NCBI RefSeq assembly: GCF_004010195.1
Contig: NC_057743.1
Location: forward strand, 23,409,970-23,473,969
DNA: 64,000 nt
Reading direction: 5' to 3'
From: Chiloscyllium plagiosum
Lineage: Eukaryota
Shown: in pieces, positions 62,159-64,000 of the stretch
Numbering within the stretch: the stretch's first letter is position 1
How the letters are laid out: each line of letters opens with the position of its first letter
Program-made: the position numbers and the translations under genes
Notes under the pieces: model-generated
Seen by the model: the letters and a program-made list of their open reading frames with translations, nothing else
Database searches by the model: none
What the model was told of the DNA's origin: nothing

Positions 62159-64000
62159 GTCAGTCCTGCTGTCAAGTGCTGCATGCTCCAGTCCATTCTG
62201 TGATTGGTTAGTGGTTTCCTCTTGCTGCACTGGAATAACAACCATCAGCATTAATACCTACTTAAACCCAGTGATACCAGGAAAATGGGTCACTTTTAAT
62301 CATACCCTGATACTGGCAATGTTGCAGAAATAACAGTCAGTAGATTGAGATGGAATTGATGATTGCTCAGCCTTTTAAAATAGGGAATGACCAACAGACC
62401 AGAGTTGGAGGAGCACAGAGATCTCCAAGGGAATTACAGAGATAAGGAAGGATGAGGAATTGGAGGCATCTTTTAAAAAAAATTGGAATTGTAACAAATA
62501 TATTTCTTAAACTTGAGTCATGAGAGTCATGACAATAGAGGTAATAGCTAAACTTTGTCCTGGTTTGATGAGGGTAGCAAAGTTTTAGATGTGCTTAAGT
62601 TTATGGCAGAGGAAAGATGAGAGGCTGGTCAGAAGAATATTGGAATAGTCAAGTCGAGAGGGAATAAAAGCAGGGATGAGGGTTTCAGCAGCAGATGAGG
62701 TAAAGCAGGGGGTGGAGATGAGTGATGTTACATACATAGAACAGGCAGTTTTGGTCACAAAATGGATGTGGATTCAGAAGCTCTGCTCAGAGTCAGACAG
62801 AAAGCTAAGGTTGCAAAATGACTAGGTCTCCCCCTTGCAAAGTAGCTAGGAAAAGAAGTGGATGAGGTTCCTAGGGAACTGTTGTTTGTGACAGGAACTA
62901 AAAATGTCTTTGGTCTAATATTTAGTTGCAGATAATTTCTACTCATCCTGTATGGTATGTCAACAAAGGATGTGTACAATTGGAGGCATTGTGGGAATTG
63001 GAAGGGGTGATGGTGAAGTAAAGATGGGTGTGATCAGTATACATGTGAGAACTGATATGCTTTTGTCAAGGTGCAGCATCATGTTGAGAACAAAGAGCAG
63101 ACCAAGGCTAGGTAAATTACATTTTGCAAAGCAAGTTTCCAGCTGGCGCGATGGAGCATCGATGTGTCTTCACTGGTGCACTGAAGAGGTTGAACCTTTT
63201 AAATATGGTGTATGTAACTTTGAATGAATAATATGTTAAATTTATTCCTGCAAGACCAGAATTTAAGTTCCTGTTCATTATGCCTAGAGGTCTCGTAACT
63301 GAGAAAATGAGTTGGAAACAAAGACACCTGGTGTTGAGTACTTTTAAAGTAATTTCTAACCTGTTCTGTAGTTTCTTAAAATTGTGCTAATCGAGCAGCA
63401 GCTATGGAAATGCTTCAGTTTAACATTTTCCCCGTCAGGCAATGTGTATATTAAGATCTGATCAAGACATGGCATTTGAAACATGAGGTTCAAACATGAA
63501 ATAAAACTCTTTGCAGCAAACCTTTCCACAGTCAATGTTGCCAACACTGGTTGGATGTATTCCTGGACGTTTTGTCATACTGGCCATCAGAGTCCAATGG
63601 TTCCAACCAGTTAAACAGCAGTTTGCTGTTTTCAATATCTTTTAATACTTTTATTTAAATGCTATGATTTTTCTCACAACAGATCAGGGAATTTTTTTTA
63701 GTATACCCTGTCACCCAGACAGTAACCAGAAATCCACTGTTCACAAAACACTGTGTGCCCACAAGAGATTGAAGCTTCAGTTTTTGATCCCTGCTCTGTT
63801 ACATCCTATAGAAAGTGTTAGTGTGTGAATCAGTTGATGTCAGATTGGACTTTGCTCTTATGCTACCATCACTGAATAACTTCATAACATCCTCTCGGGC
63901 TGAAGTATGACATCTTTGGTGTTGTAGCAGAGGCAGCAGTATCAAAGGGATTCCACATAAGAGGCAGTAATGTCTATCTAGAAAGGAACAATAAAAGTAA

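Overview
Eukaryotic vertebrate genomic DNA, most likely a cartilaginous fish (inferred from HE1-like SINEs, CR1 LINEs and Penelope-like repeats). Three spliced genes are supported. (1) Minus strand, ~18.8 kb down to beyond the window start: an atypical guanylyl cyclase with two TM segments flanking a ~260-aa NIT-like (nitrate/nitrite-sensing) loop, then a coiled coil and the start of a cyclase catalytic domain, with no kinase-homology domain. (2) Minus strand: KIAA2013, two large coding exons. (3) Plus strand: PLOD1 (lysyl hydroxylase 1), exons 1-17, which splice in frame with GT-AG junctions; its 3' end lies outside the window. KIAA2013 and PLOD1 are head-to-head across a CpG/GC-box-rich region. 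Introns and intergenic DNA are full of CR1 LINE fragments, tRNA-derived SINEs and Penelope-like elements, whose termini carry at least three sequence-distinct minimal hammerhead ribozyme motifs, often as fold-back mini-elements with 11-15 bp target-site duplications. Assembly gaps lie at 3529-3558, 12601-12877 and 37630-38126. Repeat boundaries are approximate; exon boundaries were read by hand from splice signals.
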